A stretch of DNA of 63,960 nt, filler included, from an uncultured bacterium (GTDB taxonomy: Bacteria > Latescibacterota > UBA2968), in assembly GCA_964471275.1 (NCBI GenBank). It is 10 parts of 10 records of this genome, joined end to end, with 100 filler letters (N's around TTAATTAATTAA, not from the genome) between each part and the next. Parts side by side here need not be neighbours in the genome. Positions count along the whole stretch, not along the records: positions 40,197 to 46,675 come from CAYYGZ010000251.1; positions 46,776 to 53,226 come from CAYYGZ010000252.1; 8 more parts are not named here. One strand, given 5' to 3'. Under the pieces are notes generated by a model. That model was not told the DNA's origin and made no database searches. It saw only the letters and a list, made by a program, of their open reading frames with translations. Within the stretch, counting starts at the first letter, position 1; every line of letters begins with the position of its first letter. Shown here piece after piece: positions 41,709 to 52,324 of this stretch. The translations under genes and the position numbers were made by a program.

Positions 41709-42173
41709 AGCTGTCGAGTCGACGACACCGATCTTCAGGGGCTTCGTGATGTCTACGCTCTGGCTGATTGGCCAACGCTGAACTTCTGCGGCAGTTTTCA
41801 GCTGCTTGCCCAGACGTACGAGGGAGAAATGGGCCCTATCGGGTCTGATCCGGATGAGCCGGGCCAGGACGGCAAGTTCGCCGGATGCGTTCACGAGTGC
41901 GGGTTCTGTCAGGTCGATGTCGAGTGTTCGGAAGGCCTGTTCTCCGGGCTTGGCTCCCAGGTTTCGGTGCACCAGGAACACTACAGGGAAGTCAAGACAC
42001 TCCCAGAGGGTTTTCGGATCGTGGCATCGAGCCCGACGTGTGCTGTCCAGGCGATCGTGCACGACACGCTCCCACAATACGGGACACAATTCCATCCGGA
42101 GTACTACGACGAAACGCAAACGGACGGTCGGACAATCATTCAGAATTCCATGAAGATTATACACCTTACCTGA
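41709..42173 (+). pseudogene. Class I glutamine amidotransferase (GuaA-like), N-terminally truncated
   Basis: NFCGSFQLLA, H...VKTLPEGF, YGTQFHPE. In-frame TGA at about 41706 with no N-terminal domain. Confidence 0.7.
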
Positions 42174-42219
42174 CGAAGGGGTGAATGACCCCACTATCCC
42201 TCTCACTCGGAGGTTCTCC

Positions 42220-43755
42220 ATGTCTGCAAGAGCCACGGGCCCAGTCGTTGCCGTCGACGATACGGGTCGTTTGACGTATGCCGAAGACGCTTCCGGAAAC
42301 CGGATTCCCGATTTTTCGAACTGTGGCTACAAGGGCGGGGGAGTCGATCTACCTGATGTTGACGTCGTTGAAATCGTCTTTCCTGAGGCGGACGGCGATG
42401 ATGGCCATCGAATCCAACTCGCGATCAATCATGTTGCCTCGATTCCCGAGGATGAAGACGGGTTCAGAGGGACAGTGCTCCTGAAACACGGCACCTACCG
42501 CATCGGCAAATCGATACACATCCGATCGAGCGGGATCGTGCTCAGAGGAGAAGGTCAGGGTGATGGCGGGACCACGATCATCGCGACGGGGAAGGACCAA
42601 CGGGCGCTGATCGAGGTCGGGCATCCCTATACCAGACAGGCTGGCCAGGGATACCGTATTCAAGATGGGGGAAAGCGTGGTGTCGAGATCCTTGAGGAGA
42701 CACGCACACCCATTACGGACGAGTATGTACCTGTGGGGGCACGTACATTTCGCGTCGCCTCTATCCGCGGATTCTCGGTTGGCGATGAGGTGATCGTGCA
42801 GCGCCCGAGCACGGCAGAATGGATCCACGCGATCGGTATGGACAGAATCGAAGTGAAGGAGAACACACGGCAATGGGAGCCCGGGACCTACGATATGTCG
42901 TTCCGTCGCGAAATCATCGCGCTGGAGGGTGATCAGATAACCGTGGACGCCCCCCTGGTGCAGCCGATAGAGAAACGGTTTGGCGGGGGGACGGTTTTCC
43001 GATACCGGGATCCAGACCGAATCGAGCGGATCGCGATTGAGAACCTGAAAGCGATCAGCGAGTATGATGACTCGATACCCGATCCCAGACACAGCGATGA
43101 GTTTGCGGACGAAGACCACTGCTGGACCCTGATCGCGGTCAACAATGCGCGAGATGGATGGGTTCGTGACGTAACTTCCGTGCATTTCGGCAACAGCTGT
43201 GTGTATCTTCAAGCAGGAGCGCATCGACTCACGGTTCAGGACTGCGCTTGCCTCGATCCTGTTTCCGAGATACGAGGCAGGAGACGATACTCGTTTGCGA
43301 TCGAGGGTCAGATGAATCTGGTACAAGGATGTCGCACGCGTCGAGGCCGGCATGACTATGTCCTGCACGACCGTGCGGCGGGACCGAATGCCTTCGTGGA
43401 CTGTGTCGCTGAGCAGGCGTTCTCGGATACGGGACCGCATCACCGGTGGTCCGTCGGGACACTGTTCGACAACGTGAGAGTCGAAGGGAACGCGATTAAC
43501 GTCCAGGATCGGCAGGCTTCGGGGAGTGGTCACGGCTGGGCGGGTGCGATGAAGGTGCTGTGGAATTGCGAGGCAGATTCGATCGTCTGCCAGAAGCCAC
43601 CGACGTCACAGAACTATGCGATCGGGTGTGTCGCGGAGAAGCGGGGTGGCTGGCACGAGCGTGAAGATGGGCACTGGGAATCGTTGGGGACGCACGTGAA
43701 GCCGAGAAGTCTGTATCTTTCACAGTTGGAAGAACGGATGACAGGTGACAAGTGA
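42220..43755 (+). CDS. Pectate lyase superfamily-like parallel beta-helix protein
   Basis: GNRIPDFSNCGYKGG, IQLAIN.V, LRGEG, GRRRYSF, GRHDY, GPHHRWS.GTLFDN, GHGWAGA. GGAGG SD. Confidence 0.8.
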   Translation: MSARATGPVVAVDDTGRLTYAEDASGNRIPDFSNCGYKGGGVDLPDVDVVEIVFPEADGDDGHRIQLAINHVASIPEDEDGFRGTVLLKHGTYRIGKSIHIRSSGIVLRGEGQGDGGTTIIATGKDQRALIEVGHPYTRQAGQGYRIQDGGKRGVEILEETRTPITDEYVPVGARTFRVASIRGFSVGDEVIVQRPSTAEWIHAIGMDRIEVKENTRQWEPGTYDMSFRREIIALEGDQITVDAPLVQPIEKRFGGGTVFRYRDPDRIERIAIENLKAISEYDDSIPDPRHSDEFADEDHCWTLIAVNNARDGWVRDVTSVHFGNSCVYLQAGAHRLTVQDCACLDPVSEIRGRRRYSFAIEGQMNLVQGCRTRRGRHDYVLHDRAAGPNAFVDCVAEQAFSDTGPHHRWSVGTLFDNVRVEGNAINVQDRQASGSGHGWAGAMKVLWNCEADSIVCQKPPTSQNYAIGCVAEKRGGWHEREDGHWESLGTHVKPRSLYLSQLEERMTGDK

Positions 43756-43772
43756 CAAGAGTGGGATGATGG

Positions 43773-44488
43773 ATGCTGAGACTATCGATTTCTGGCTGGA
43801 GTCTGCGCAGGTTGCTGGGAGAGATCGTTTTGATCGACGTGCCGGGGGAGACGTCGAGACACGGGATCGGGACGATCAAGTTGTGTCACTTTCATTTTAG
43901 ATCAACAGATGATGTATACCTGGCGGAACTCAAGAACGCCGTGGTGAAGGTGGGGGTGGAACTCTTCAGCATCCTGATCGACACGGGTGACATCACGGTG
44001 GGGATGGGGAAACGAGGGCCGACGATTACGCGACGATCCGAGGATGGATCGATATCGCAGCGAAGCTCGGTGCCGGTCACATCCGGATCATCGCAGGTGA
44101 TGCGGACGCTGACGAGCAGACCGGTGGTCTGTCTGTCGAAGGGCTCACCGCACTGGCCGCGTATGTGAAGGAGCGAGGTGTTGTCGCGCTGTGTGCCGAT
44201 TTTGGAGATTTCCCATCGGAATTACGTGCAGAGGATCTCGCTGCCATCTTGCCGAAGACGAACTCGATTCACGCAAGAGCCGATTATCCGGGTGGTCAGA
44301 TGGATCGCGAGACATACAAGCGCCACATCAAACTGGCGATCGATTCCGGTTTTGATGGGCCGATATCGCCGATCTACCAGGACGCCGATGGTACCTGGGA
44401 GCGTATCGGTGAACTCTGCGAGGCGACACTCGAGGCGTTGAGTGACTCGTACCACCACGAAGGACACGAGAAACACACAAAAGGGTAG
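43773..44488 (+). pseudogene. Sugar phosphate isomerase/epimerase, frameshifted and deleted
   Basis: LSISGWSLRR, LCHFHF, ILIDTGDI, then a frame change to WIDIAAKLGA.HIRIIAG, then CADFGDF with the middle missing. Confidence 0.75.
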
Positions 44489-44543
44489 CTTGCTCTAGGC
44501 CCTCAGCGTTACCGCTTCTGCGCCCTTATCCCGCGAGGTTTAT

Positions 44544-46109
44544 TTGCCCGACGAACCCAAACACGAATGTGGACTGGCCGCACTTTGCTGGTTGGATGAA
44601 CCGTATAACGGCAATGGTGAGCCGATCTCAGAGATCGACAATGTCGCCGGACCGATGACCTCGATGCTGCTGGATCTTCAGAACCGGGGTCAGTTGGCGG
44701 CGGGATTCACGAGCTACCAGTCGGACCGGGATCTTATTCTGAAGACGTTTAGAGATGTGGGAACGGTGTCTGAGGTGATGCGGATCTCGCACAAGGGCAA
44801 GCACGAGTCGATCCTGACTGAAAACGCCGGGAGAGCCGCGATCGGGCACACGCGATACGCGACGAGTGGTGAAGAGGACAATGTCCGGTATGCACAGCCC
44901 TTCGAGCGTCAGCACGGTCTGTTGTGGAAGTGGTTTTCGCTGGCGTTCAACGGGAACATCGCGAACTACTCGCAACTCAGAGAACGTCTGCTGTTGAAGC
45001 GCGGGTATCACTTTACGCTGAATACCGATACCGAGATCATTATGCACACGCTCGCGTATCGACTGCGCGGCGAGAGACGTCCGGATCTCGCGAAGGTGAT
45101 GGCGGGACTCAATCGCGATCTGGATGGCGCCTTCAACATCGCGTTCCTGGACGCGATGGGCCGCTTGTCCGTGTCACGCGATCCGGTCGGATTCCGACCG
45201 ATGACCTGGGCGGTCAAGGGGCGCCTGTTGGCAGCAGCGAACGAATCCGTGGCCCTACGGAATCTCGGGTTCGATGAGATCAAGCATCTCGAACCCGGCC
45301 AGATGGTGATCGTGGAGGACGGAAAGCTCAGGATCGAGCGATTCGCCAAGAGCGAGAAGAAGGCACGGTGTTTCTTCGAGTGGGTCTATTTCTCGAATGT
45401 GGCGAGCGAGATCGACTACAAAGGTGTGTATCACGCGCGTGCCCGGTCGGGACGGATCCTCGCAGAGATGGAGGATCAGAAGGTCGACGATACGTGTATC
45501 GTTGTGCCCGTACCCGAAACCGCGAAGGCTGCGGCCGACGCGTACGCTTTCAACATGGGTATGCCGTGTATGGAAGGGGTGATTCGGAATCGATACGTGG
45601 GTCGCACGTTTATCCAGCCGGTGAGCACTCGAAAAAAAAGTGCGAAGAGAAAATACACGACCGTCCGGTCTCTGCTCAGTGGACAGCGTGTCTTCCTTGT
45701 GGAGGACTCCATCGTACGTTCACTCACGCTGAAGACGCTGGTCAAGCAGGTGTGGGCGGATGGTGCCGCCGAAGTGCACGTTCGGGTAGCGTGTCCGCCG
45801 ATCGTCGGACCGTGCTTCTACGGGATCGATATGTCGACGCTCGATGAACTCCACGCGCCAAAGTTCACGCCCAAGCGTTACAACGGCGACCCAACACCGG
45901 ATATGCTGAAGAAGATGGCGCGATCGCTGAACGTGGAGAGCATCAAGTATCTGCCGGCTTCCGCCTTGGGATCGGTTATCGATGTGGAACAGGACAGCCT
46001 GTGTGTGGGGTGTGTGACGTCGAAGTATCCGACGCCGTGGGGGAATCGGCTCATCCGAAGAGCGAGGAAAAACCAGGAGGAAGGCGTCAAAGGGCGGACC
46101 TACGCCTGA
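44544..46109 (+). CDS. purF: Amidophosphoribosyltransferase (propeptide, Fe-S type)
   Basis: PKHECG, QNRGQ, GHTRYAT, CFFEWVYF, RNRYVGRTFIQP, VEDSIVR..T, CPP...PCFYGID, CVGC. Confidence 0.95.
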   Translation: MPDEPKHECGLAALCWLDEPYNGNGEPISEIDNVAGPMTSMLLDLQNRGQLAAGFTSYQSDRDLILKTFRDVGTVSEVMRISHKGKHESILTENAGRAAIGHTRYATSGEEDNVRYAQPFERQHGLLWKWFSLAFNGNIANYSQLRERLLLKRGYHFTLNTDTEIIMHTLAYRLRGERRPDLAKVMAGLNRDLDGAFNIAFLDAMGRLSVSRDPVGFRPMTWAVKGRLLAAANESVALRNLGFDEIKHLEPGQMVIVEDGKLRIERFAKSEKKARCFFEWVYFSNVASEIDYKGVYHARARSGRILAEMEDQKVDDTCIVVPVPETAKAAADAYAFNMGMPCMEGVIRNRYVGRTFIQPVSTRKKSAKRKYTTVRSLLSGQRVFLVEDSIVRSLTLKTLVKQVWADGAAEVHVRVACPPIVGPCFYGIDMSTLDELHAPKFTPKRYNGDPTPDMLKKMARSLNVESIKYLPASALGSVIDVEQDSLCVGCVTSKYPTPWGNRLIRRARKNQEEGVKGRTYA

Positions 46110-46675
46110 CAGTGCGTTCGGAAACTGGTGAGATGGACACTCGGCATTGCCCTTGAACAGAAAGATCCTCCCTCGCCGTGTTACAGACTCGTCCGGGGAG
46201 AGTGGGCGGCCCGCACGCTCAGATGCATACACGTCCACGGGTTGTGTCCCTGCGCTGACAGGAAATCGTCCCAAACGATCCCTGCGACATAACCCCCGTC
46301 ATCCGATTCACGGATGATCGCGCCGATCTCCGCGTTCGTCGGGTCGGTTGGCTACTTTCCAGAGAAGACATACTCACCGTTCTCGTCCGCCTCCCGGTCA
46401 ATTTGATCCCGGTACTTCTGGTTGAAGTGAATTTCTCACTGATTGAGGAGCGAGAGTCCGTCTTTGCTCATATACCAGGTCCGGGTGTGATCGAGATCCA
46501 TTAGGTTATCATTGCGCCACGCATCTTCCTCCTTGCCAGGGATGAAGTAAGGGATCACAGATGCGATCTCAGGTCAGCGCTGGCGCGTGCGATTCGTGAT
46601 GCTGAGGTCCAGATCGGCGTGGTCTTCCGAAGCTCTTGCCTTGATCTGGAACACATCCGAGTGCATCTCCGCTTC
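46106..46675 (-). pseudogene. Hypothetical protein with three in-frame stops and a late frameshift
   Basis: One frame reads ..RQR*PEIAS..LLNQ*EIHFN..FSGK*PTDP..SAQGHNPWTCMHLSVR, then shifts to PLSPDESVTRRGRIFLFKG. Confidence 0.6.
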
Positions 46676-46775
46676 NNNNNNNNNNNNNNNNNNNNNNNNN
46701 NNNNNNNNNNNNNNNNNNNTTAATTAATTAANNNNNNNNNNNNNNNNNNNNNNNNNNNNNNNNNNNNNNNNNNNN
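46676..46775. other. Artificial contig linker
   Basis: N/TTAATTAATTAA/N. Confidence 0.99.
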
Positions 46776-46781
46776 TTTGCA

Positions 46782-47045
46782 TTACATTACAAAATGTTCA
46801 ACATGGAGGTGTGCCCACCATTTTTTGCAGACCTCTTCCTGCGCGATACTTTCCCACTGTGCCTCGTCCTCTATTTCAGCATACGCAAACAGCTGGTTCG
46901 TCTCCGCATCGAAGAAAATCGAATAGCTCGACACCCCGTGTGCTTTGATCGTTTCCTCGAGCTCTGGCCAGATCGGATTATGTCGACGCTCGTATTCCTC
47001 GTGTTGATCCGAATTCACCTGCATTACAAACGCTTTACGTATCAT
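46782..47045 (-). CDS. rhaM: L-rhamnose mutarotase, C-terminus truncated or diverged near the contig end
   Basis: [32 protein letters not shown]. The usual PDNSP...EVF tail is missing. Confidence 0.85.
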   Translation of the reverse strand: MIRKAFVMQVNSDQHEEYERRHNPIWPELEETIKAHGVSSYSIFFDAETNQLFAYAEIEDEAQWESIAQEEVCKKWWAHLHVEHFVM

Positions 47046-47112
47046 GTCTTCCTCTCTTACGTGATGGCCAAATCCGATCTACATCCTGATCACCGGTCAT
47101 TGGACACTCGCC

Positions 47113-47925
47113 TCAATGGGCTCTATTCTCCTCGGAGTACTCAGTGTTCCCACCCATCTGCCAGGTTCCCCGAAACAGCGACCTTCGCTTCACCGGCATC
47201 TCGGCAATCACCTCGTGGGGCAGATTGGTCTTGTGCCACTGCGCCCAGATCGAGTTGTAACAGTTGAAAACGGCACACCGCGGATTGTCGGGGTTTGTCC
47301 AGTCATTCGCAGCGTGAATTAGGCTTTCTGTGAATATGACTACTGATCCAGGTGGGCAGCTGTAGTCATCCATCGCATCGCGCATTTCCTGTTCCCACGG
47401 CGACCCACCGATATTTGGTGCATACGGATTGGGTCCTCCGTAGTTGAAGTGCGCCTTGTGTGATCCGCTCAGGAATGATGTCGCTCCCTGGCCCGACTTT
47501 GCCTCCTCGAGTTCCCATACCACGCGCGTCAACCCGGAGAAGATCTTCCCGCCCGCCACCTGATAGCGCATCGCATTTGCCTGCTGGGGTGGCCGAACCA
47601 CGTGGGGCATGCCGTTGTCCCTTCGCTCGGAAGTATCCCACCCTGGAGGCCGAATCGTCGTGAACGAGGATTCGCAGCGGAACCCGTAGCAATCATCTCT
47701 GATGAACGGATCTTCCGCCAGAATCTCCGAGAGTATTCCGACAATTGCAGGATGATCGAGAAGCCGCTGCAGGGCCCCCTCATAGTTGTTCTTCGCCCCA
47801 CCGTAGACCTCCGCCTTCATCTCCTCGATATCCTCGTCGGCTAGAACCCTCGGCAAGGTGATCCATCCACGGAGATCAAAGAAGAACTTCTGCTCATCAG
47901 TCATGGGTACAGGTTGCTCAGTCAC
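47113..47925 (-). CDS. PhyH-like Fe(II)/2-oxoglutarate dioxygenase family
   Basis: MTDEQKFFFDLRGW, LLDHP, GSHKAHF, PGSVVIFTESLIH, R. GTG start with GGAGG SD. Confidence 0.8.
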   Translation of the reverse strand: MTEQPVPMTDEQKFFFDLRGWITLPRVLADEDIEEMKAEVYGGAKNNYEGALQRLLDHPAIVGILSEILAEDPFIRDDCYGFRCESSFTTIRPPGWDTSERRDNGMPHVVRPPQQANAMRYQVAGGKIFSGLTRVVWELEEAKSGQGATSFLSGSHKAHFNYGGPNPYAPNIGGSPWEQEMRDAMDDYSCPPGSVVIFTESLIHAANDWTNPDNPRCAVFNCYNSIWAQWHKTNLPHEVIAEMPVKRRSLFRGTWQMGGNTEYSEENRAH

Positions 47926-47991
47926 TGTATGCCTCCCTCTATGTGCCACTCACCGAAGGAATACCTCTCTGCACCACCGCATCCTCCACGC

Positions 47992-49335
47992 TTAATGCTT
48001 GTCCGCCTTTCGAGCAATTCGTTCCGCCAACTCGAGAAATGCCTGTCTTACCGCGTCGTTAATCCCAAGCGCCATCGGTCCTGGGCCGTTCTTACTGTAG
48101 GTGTTGGCTTTATCCACCTCATACCCACCTTCGTGTATGAGCTCGTCTGTTGGCATGTAGTTCCGACCATCCTGGCAGTATCCCCACGCAACAAGATCGG
48201 GGTCACCCAACCACTCACGGAGCAAGGGCAGCCATTCGGCAAGCACCTCGTTCGCAAGCCAGGCGATCTGGTGTCCTTCTGCCAGCCGAATCAACCCCAC
48301 TGCCCAGGGCAGGAACCGGACAGGAGGAATCCCCGATCGCAACCGATCGCGCCAGTATTCACCTAGATTCCGATAGAGCTCTTCATCACTCTCGGCAAGC
48401 GAATCCCAATGGGAAATATCTGTGAGCTTGGTGTGGTCTTTCGGTGCCAGGGCAAACCCGGATACACAGGCCAAGTCCAGCCTGATCTCCTGTCCGCCTT
48501 CCGAAAGTGCCGTAAGGACATCATCTGCAAGCTCTTGGCCCGTGGCCAGGTAGTCGTCGGGAGTCGACTTTCGGAACGTCCCGTCATCCAGATTCGCCAA
48601 CCGGCGTGGACGGACGTTTCCGGCCAGTCCCTGGATGAATTGGGCGTGCACATTGTCACCCAGATTTTCGGCAAGACGACGCCTGCAGATGCCTGGCCAA
48701 TCCGCGGAAATACCGTCCCACGCGAACCCGTATACCATCACAGGATGGCATCCGTAGTTGAAGAGTACACATCGATCATCGCCGGATGTGGCGACCAGAT
48801 GCATCAACCACAGATCCGGGTTGTAGAAGCCGTCAGGATTCGGTCCCATATCCATCGAGCCATCGGCGTTTCGACGACGACGGTTGATCCCGATCGTTGA
48901 AGTGCCACGGTGGACGTAAACAGTGACATTCTGTAGTCGATCCACGGCCTCCAACGTCATCTTCGTGCAGCGTGCCAGCAGATCTGATTCGTATGCTGTC
49001 AGCTCAGCAGGCTTCTCCTTCGTTGTCGCATACCCTTCGAACCCGGACATCGGACCGCTGTGTGTGTGCGAGAAATTGATCACAATCGCCTCGAACGGGA
49101 TACCCGTCATCGCTGACAGCTCCTGGCGGAACCCGCTCATCTGCGGCCACGCCATCCCGATCATGTCGATTGACATCCAGAGTGTTCGCACGCCCTTGCG
49201 GTCTTCGAGCACCACAACTTGAGCGGCCAGTGAATCGATTAGCTCTGCTCCGGCAGAAAAGCGTGGTCCTCTTCCCCCCATCGGCAAGCCAAGCGAGGGT
49301 GTCGAATCGATCTGAGCCCATCCTGCTCTTGCCAT
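47992..49335 (-). CDS. Neutral/alkaline ceramidase-like hydrolase
   Basis: SHTHSGP, INRRR, NYGCHP, ISADWPG, YMPT...EGGYE. Confidence 0.8.
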   Translation of the reverse strand: MARAGWAQIDSTPSLGLPMGGRGPRFSAGAELIDSLAAQVVVLEDRKGVRTLWMSIDMIGMAWPQMSGFRQELSAMTGIPFEAIVINFSHTHSGPMSGFEGYATTKEKPAELTAYESDLLARCTKMTLEAVDRLQNVTVYVHRGTSTIGINRRRRNADGSMDMGPNPDGFYNPDLWLMHLVATSGDDRCVLFNYGCHPVMVYGFAWDGISADWPGICRRRLAENLGDNVHAQFIQGLAGNVRPRRLANLDDGTFRKSTPDDYLATGQELADDVLTALSEGGQEIRLDLACVSGFALAPKDHTKLTDISHWDSLAESDEELYRNLGEYWRDRLRSGIPPVRFLPWAVGLIRLAEGHQIAWLANEVLAEWLPLLREWLGDPDLVAWGYCQDGRNYMPTDELIHEGGYEVDKANTYSKNGPGPMALGINDAVRQAFLELAERIARKADKH

Positions 49336-49337
49336 CT

Positions 49338-49700
49338 CTAAGCCTCCCGTATTCGCACGTCAAAAATCCGACTGTCGGCGCCCACACCTTCCACCGATGC
49401 CTCTACCTTCAGTTGAAAGCTCCCGGCTCTCCCAAGGTGGTGCATGAAGGTGGGTATGCTAGACAGGAAATCCGTGCCGTTGTCGAATACATTGATCTCG
49501 CTTACATACCGTCCCCTGCACATACACGCTCTCGGTGGCGCACAGATCGGGCAGTTGCTGTAAGCTGCCTCAAAGGTCTGGCCTCGCGCGGCCAGACGAT
49601 CGATGTTCGGCGTCTTGATCAACGGATGCCCGTACACGCCTGTTGCCATCGCCACCAGCTGATCCGCCATAACCATCAGAATGTTGGGTCGTCAGCTCAC
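49338..49700 (-). pseudogene. Choline-sulfatase-like N-terminal remnant
   Basis: GTG AGC TGA (stop at codon 3), then RPNILMVMADQ, KTPNIDRLA, CPICAPPR. The rest of the gene is deleted. Confidence 0.85.
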
Positions 49701-50037
49701 AGTTACAGATCCTTTGTGTCTTTCACCCTCGACCTCATTTTCCTGCAAGGAGAGATACATACAGAAATCCCGCCAGACATTGTGGTGCTTCTCCTTCAGC
49801 CTAGCGGTCTAGGTGCACGCTTCCTGCTGCATTTCAGCCGTGCTCACTTCATTGCTGTGACCTTGATGCGACGAAATATCTCAAAGCAGCTGCCATCATT
49901 CTGTCTTATCCGTTCGATCATTTGGCACACAACAGACGTTCGAAAGGGTTACCGAGATCGATATTTGGGCACTCACCAGCGAGTTTCAGGATAGGGTGCC
50001 GTTACGAGAATCGTCATCCGGGCTTCCCGCAGCACCG

Positions 50038-51237
50038 TCAGATGACTCGATCTTGCCTCAAGGCCTCGATCTCGTCGTCGGAGAGTCCGACCAATTCTCT
50101 CAGGATCTCATCTGTATGTTCGCTCAACGCGGGTCCTCGGTAATGCTCCGGGGCGTGATCGCTGATCCGGATCGGCCCTGCAGTCTGTCGTACTGTCCCG
50201 AATTGTGGATGCGGCAAGTCTAGAATCATCTCACCTGCCTGCGAGTCCTGAAATGCCTCTTCGACCGAGTTGACGGGTGCGCACGGCACCTCCCCTTTCA
50301 GACGCGCCAGCCAGATCGCCGTTGTCTCCTTCCGTGTGAGATCCTTGAGCATGGAAACGAGCACTTCCCGGTTCTCCATCCGATCCGCCGATGTCCGAAA
50401 CCGCTGATCGTCCACCAACTCCGGTGCTCCCAGGATCCGCACCAGATTCCGGTAGAATTTCTCCTTCGCGCACATCACGACAAGCCACCCGTCGCTCGTG
50501 GGCAAAACCTGTGACGGGATCTGCGATGGGTGCGATGAATCGGGCATACGTTTTGGCTGATATCCTCTCGTGAGATGCCACGCACCCACGTAGCCAAGAA
50601 GTGACAGTGCCGTGTCGAACAGGCTCACATCGACATCGCATCCGACCCCGGTTTCACGTGCACGATGGATGGCACTCACTATGCCAAGGGCTGCCAGCAC
50701 TCCTGCATTTAGATCGACAAGTGATAAACCTGATTTTTGAGGCGCTGAATCGGGTTCACCCGTAATGCTCATCCAGCCTGCGTAGCCCTGCATCAGGTAA
50801 TCGTAGCCGGGCTCGGACGCCCGGTCGCCTGTTCTTCCGAAAGCCGACAGCGAACAGCACACGATACCGGTCTTCAGCGATTTCAGCGCAGGGAAGTCGA
50901 GTCCCAGCTTTGCGGGAAGGTCCCCGCGGAGGTTGTTGTAGACACAATCCGAGACCTTTGCAAGCTCGTGCAGAACTGTCTGTCCCCGGGGATCCTGCAG
51001 GTTGAGCGTGATGCTCTTCTTGCTCCGATTGAAACTCTGGAAATAAATGCTGTCGTGATCGCCCGTGTAAGGTGGGATGTGTCTTGCCACATCACCATCG
51101 GTAGCCGGATTCTCGATCTTGATCACCTCGGCACCCAGATCCGCGAGCATCATCGATCCCCACGGCCCTGCCCCGAACTGCTCCACCGCGAGAATCCGAA
51201 CCCCCTCCAAGGGCGGCCGCTGAGTCTGTTTGCTCAA
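50038..51237 (-). CDS. Family III CoA-transferase (CaiB/BaiF)
   Basis: PLEGVRIL, AGP..SMMLADLGAEVIKIE, NRSKKSITLNL, PGYD, GPALSEHTDEIL. Confidence 0.93.
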   Translation of the reverse strand: MSKQTQRPPLEGVRILAVEQFGAGPWGSMMLADLGAEVIKIENPATDGDVARHIPPYTGDHDSIYFQSFNRSKKSITLNLQDPRGQTVLHELAKVSDCVYNNLRGDLPAKLGLDFPALKSLKTGIVCCSLSAFGRTGDRASEPGYDYLMQGYAGWMSITGEPDSAPQKSGLSLVDLNAGVLAALGIVSAIHRARETGVGCDVDVSLFDTALSLLGYVGAWHLTRGYQPKRMPDSSHPSQIPSQVLPTSDGWLVVMCAKEKFYRNLVRILGAPELVDDQRFRTSADRMENREVLVSMLKDLTRKETTAIWLARLKGEVPCAPVNSVEEAFQDSQAGEMILDLPHPQFGTVRQTAGPIRISDHAPEHYRGPALSEHTDEILRELVGLSDDEIEALRQDRVI

Positions 51238-51434
51238 ATCATCAACCCTACAACCATTCGGTTTTCAACAGCGCTTGGGCGCCTGCGTGCACCCGCGGCA
51301 TCTGTTTCGGGGGAACCCGCCGCTGTCCCCCAGAGAATTTTACGGTCACCCCTACGATGCTGGAATACTCACAAGCTGCGCGCTGACAAACCCCGAACAC
51401 AACCCAGAGATCCCATCGTCCCTCAGGGATTGGG

Positions 51435-52313
51435 TTAACTCCCTCCTCCGTGTTCATCCGCGCTTCCCCTGGATCTAATAATTCGTCTCGCTCTCTCGAG
51501 CACAGGAAGATCTACCATCTGACCCTCAACGGCTACGGCCCCGCCATCTGAGGCTTCGAACGTCTCGACCACCTTCCGTGCATAGGTCAATTCCTCTTCT
51601 GTCGGCAAATAGCACGTGCGCACGATCTCGATCTGTCCCGGATGGATCACACACTTCCCAGTGAAGCCCAACTGGCGCGCCTCACGCGTCTCGGCGGCCA
51701 AACCACGATTGTCCTTGTAGTCCAGATACACACAATCGATTGCCTGCAATCCCTCACTCGCTGCCGCAACAACGAGACCTGACCGCGCATAGAGCAGCTT
51801 GCCGACATCTCCTTTGCGCAGAGACGGCAATCCCAGATCTCTTGCGAAATCCTCGGCCCCGAACATCAGCCCAACCATCCGGTCGCACGATGCAGCGATC
51901 GCCGGCGCTTGGATCAAACCGCAAGCACTCTCGATCAACGCGACAACCTTCACGTGCCCGTGTGGGATGCCGGCCGCCGATTCCCGCTCGCAAAGCATCG
52001 CGTCGACCGATTCGATATCGTCGGGTCGTTCTACCTTCGACACGACGATACCCGACAGCCCTTTCCTGACCACAGCCCTGAGATCGGCACGAATGTTTGG
52101 ATCGGCCGCGGCGTGCGTTCGAACAAAACACGCCGATGCGACCGGTGAAGAAGCAACCGCAGAAGCCAGAGTCTCACGCGCCGAGAGCTTGCTATCCTCC
52201 GGAACGGCATCCTCGAGATCGAACACGAGCACATCCGGTCCAAGTCCAAGAGCTTTCTCTACCATCTTATCACGATGGCCAGGCACATACAGCCAGGATC
52301 GATGGATCTCCAC
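51435..52313 (-). CDS. CitE / HpcH-HpaI family acyl-CoA lyase (citramalyl/malyl-CoA lyase-like)
   Basis: RSWLYVPG, FDLEDAV, LIESA, FGAEDF, GFTGK.VIHPGQ, GQMVD.P. Confidence 0.92.
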   Translation of the reverse strand: MEIHRSWLYVPGHRDKMVEKALGLGPDVLVFDLEDAVPEDSKLSARETLASAVASSPVASACFVRTHAAADPNIRADLRAVVRKGLSGIVVSKVERPDDIESVDAMLCERESAAGIPHGHVKVVALIESACGLIQAPAIAASCDRMVGLMFGAEDFARDLGLPSLRKGDVGKLLYARSGLVVAAASEGLQAIDCVYLDYKDNRGLAAETREARQLGFTGKCVIHPGQIEIVRTCYLPTEEELTYARKVVETFEASDGGAVAVEGQMVDLPVLERARRIIRSRGSADEHGGGS

Positions 52314-52324
52314 AACGCGGCTCC

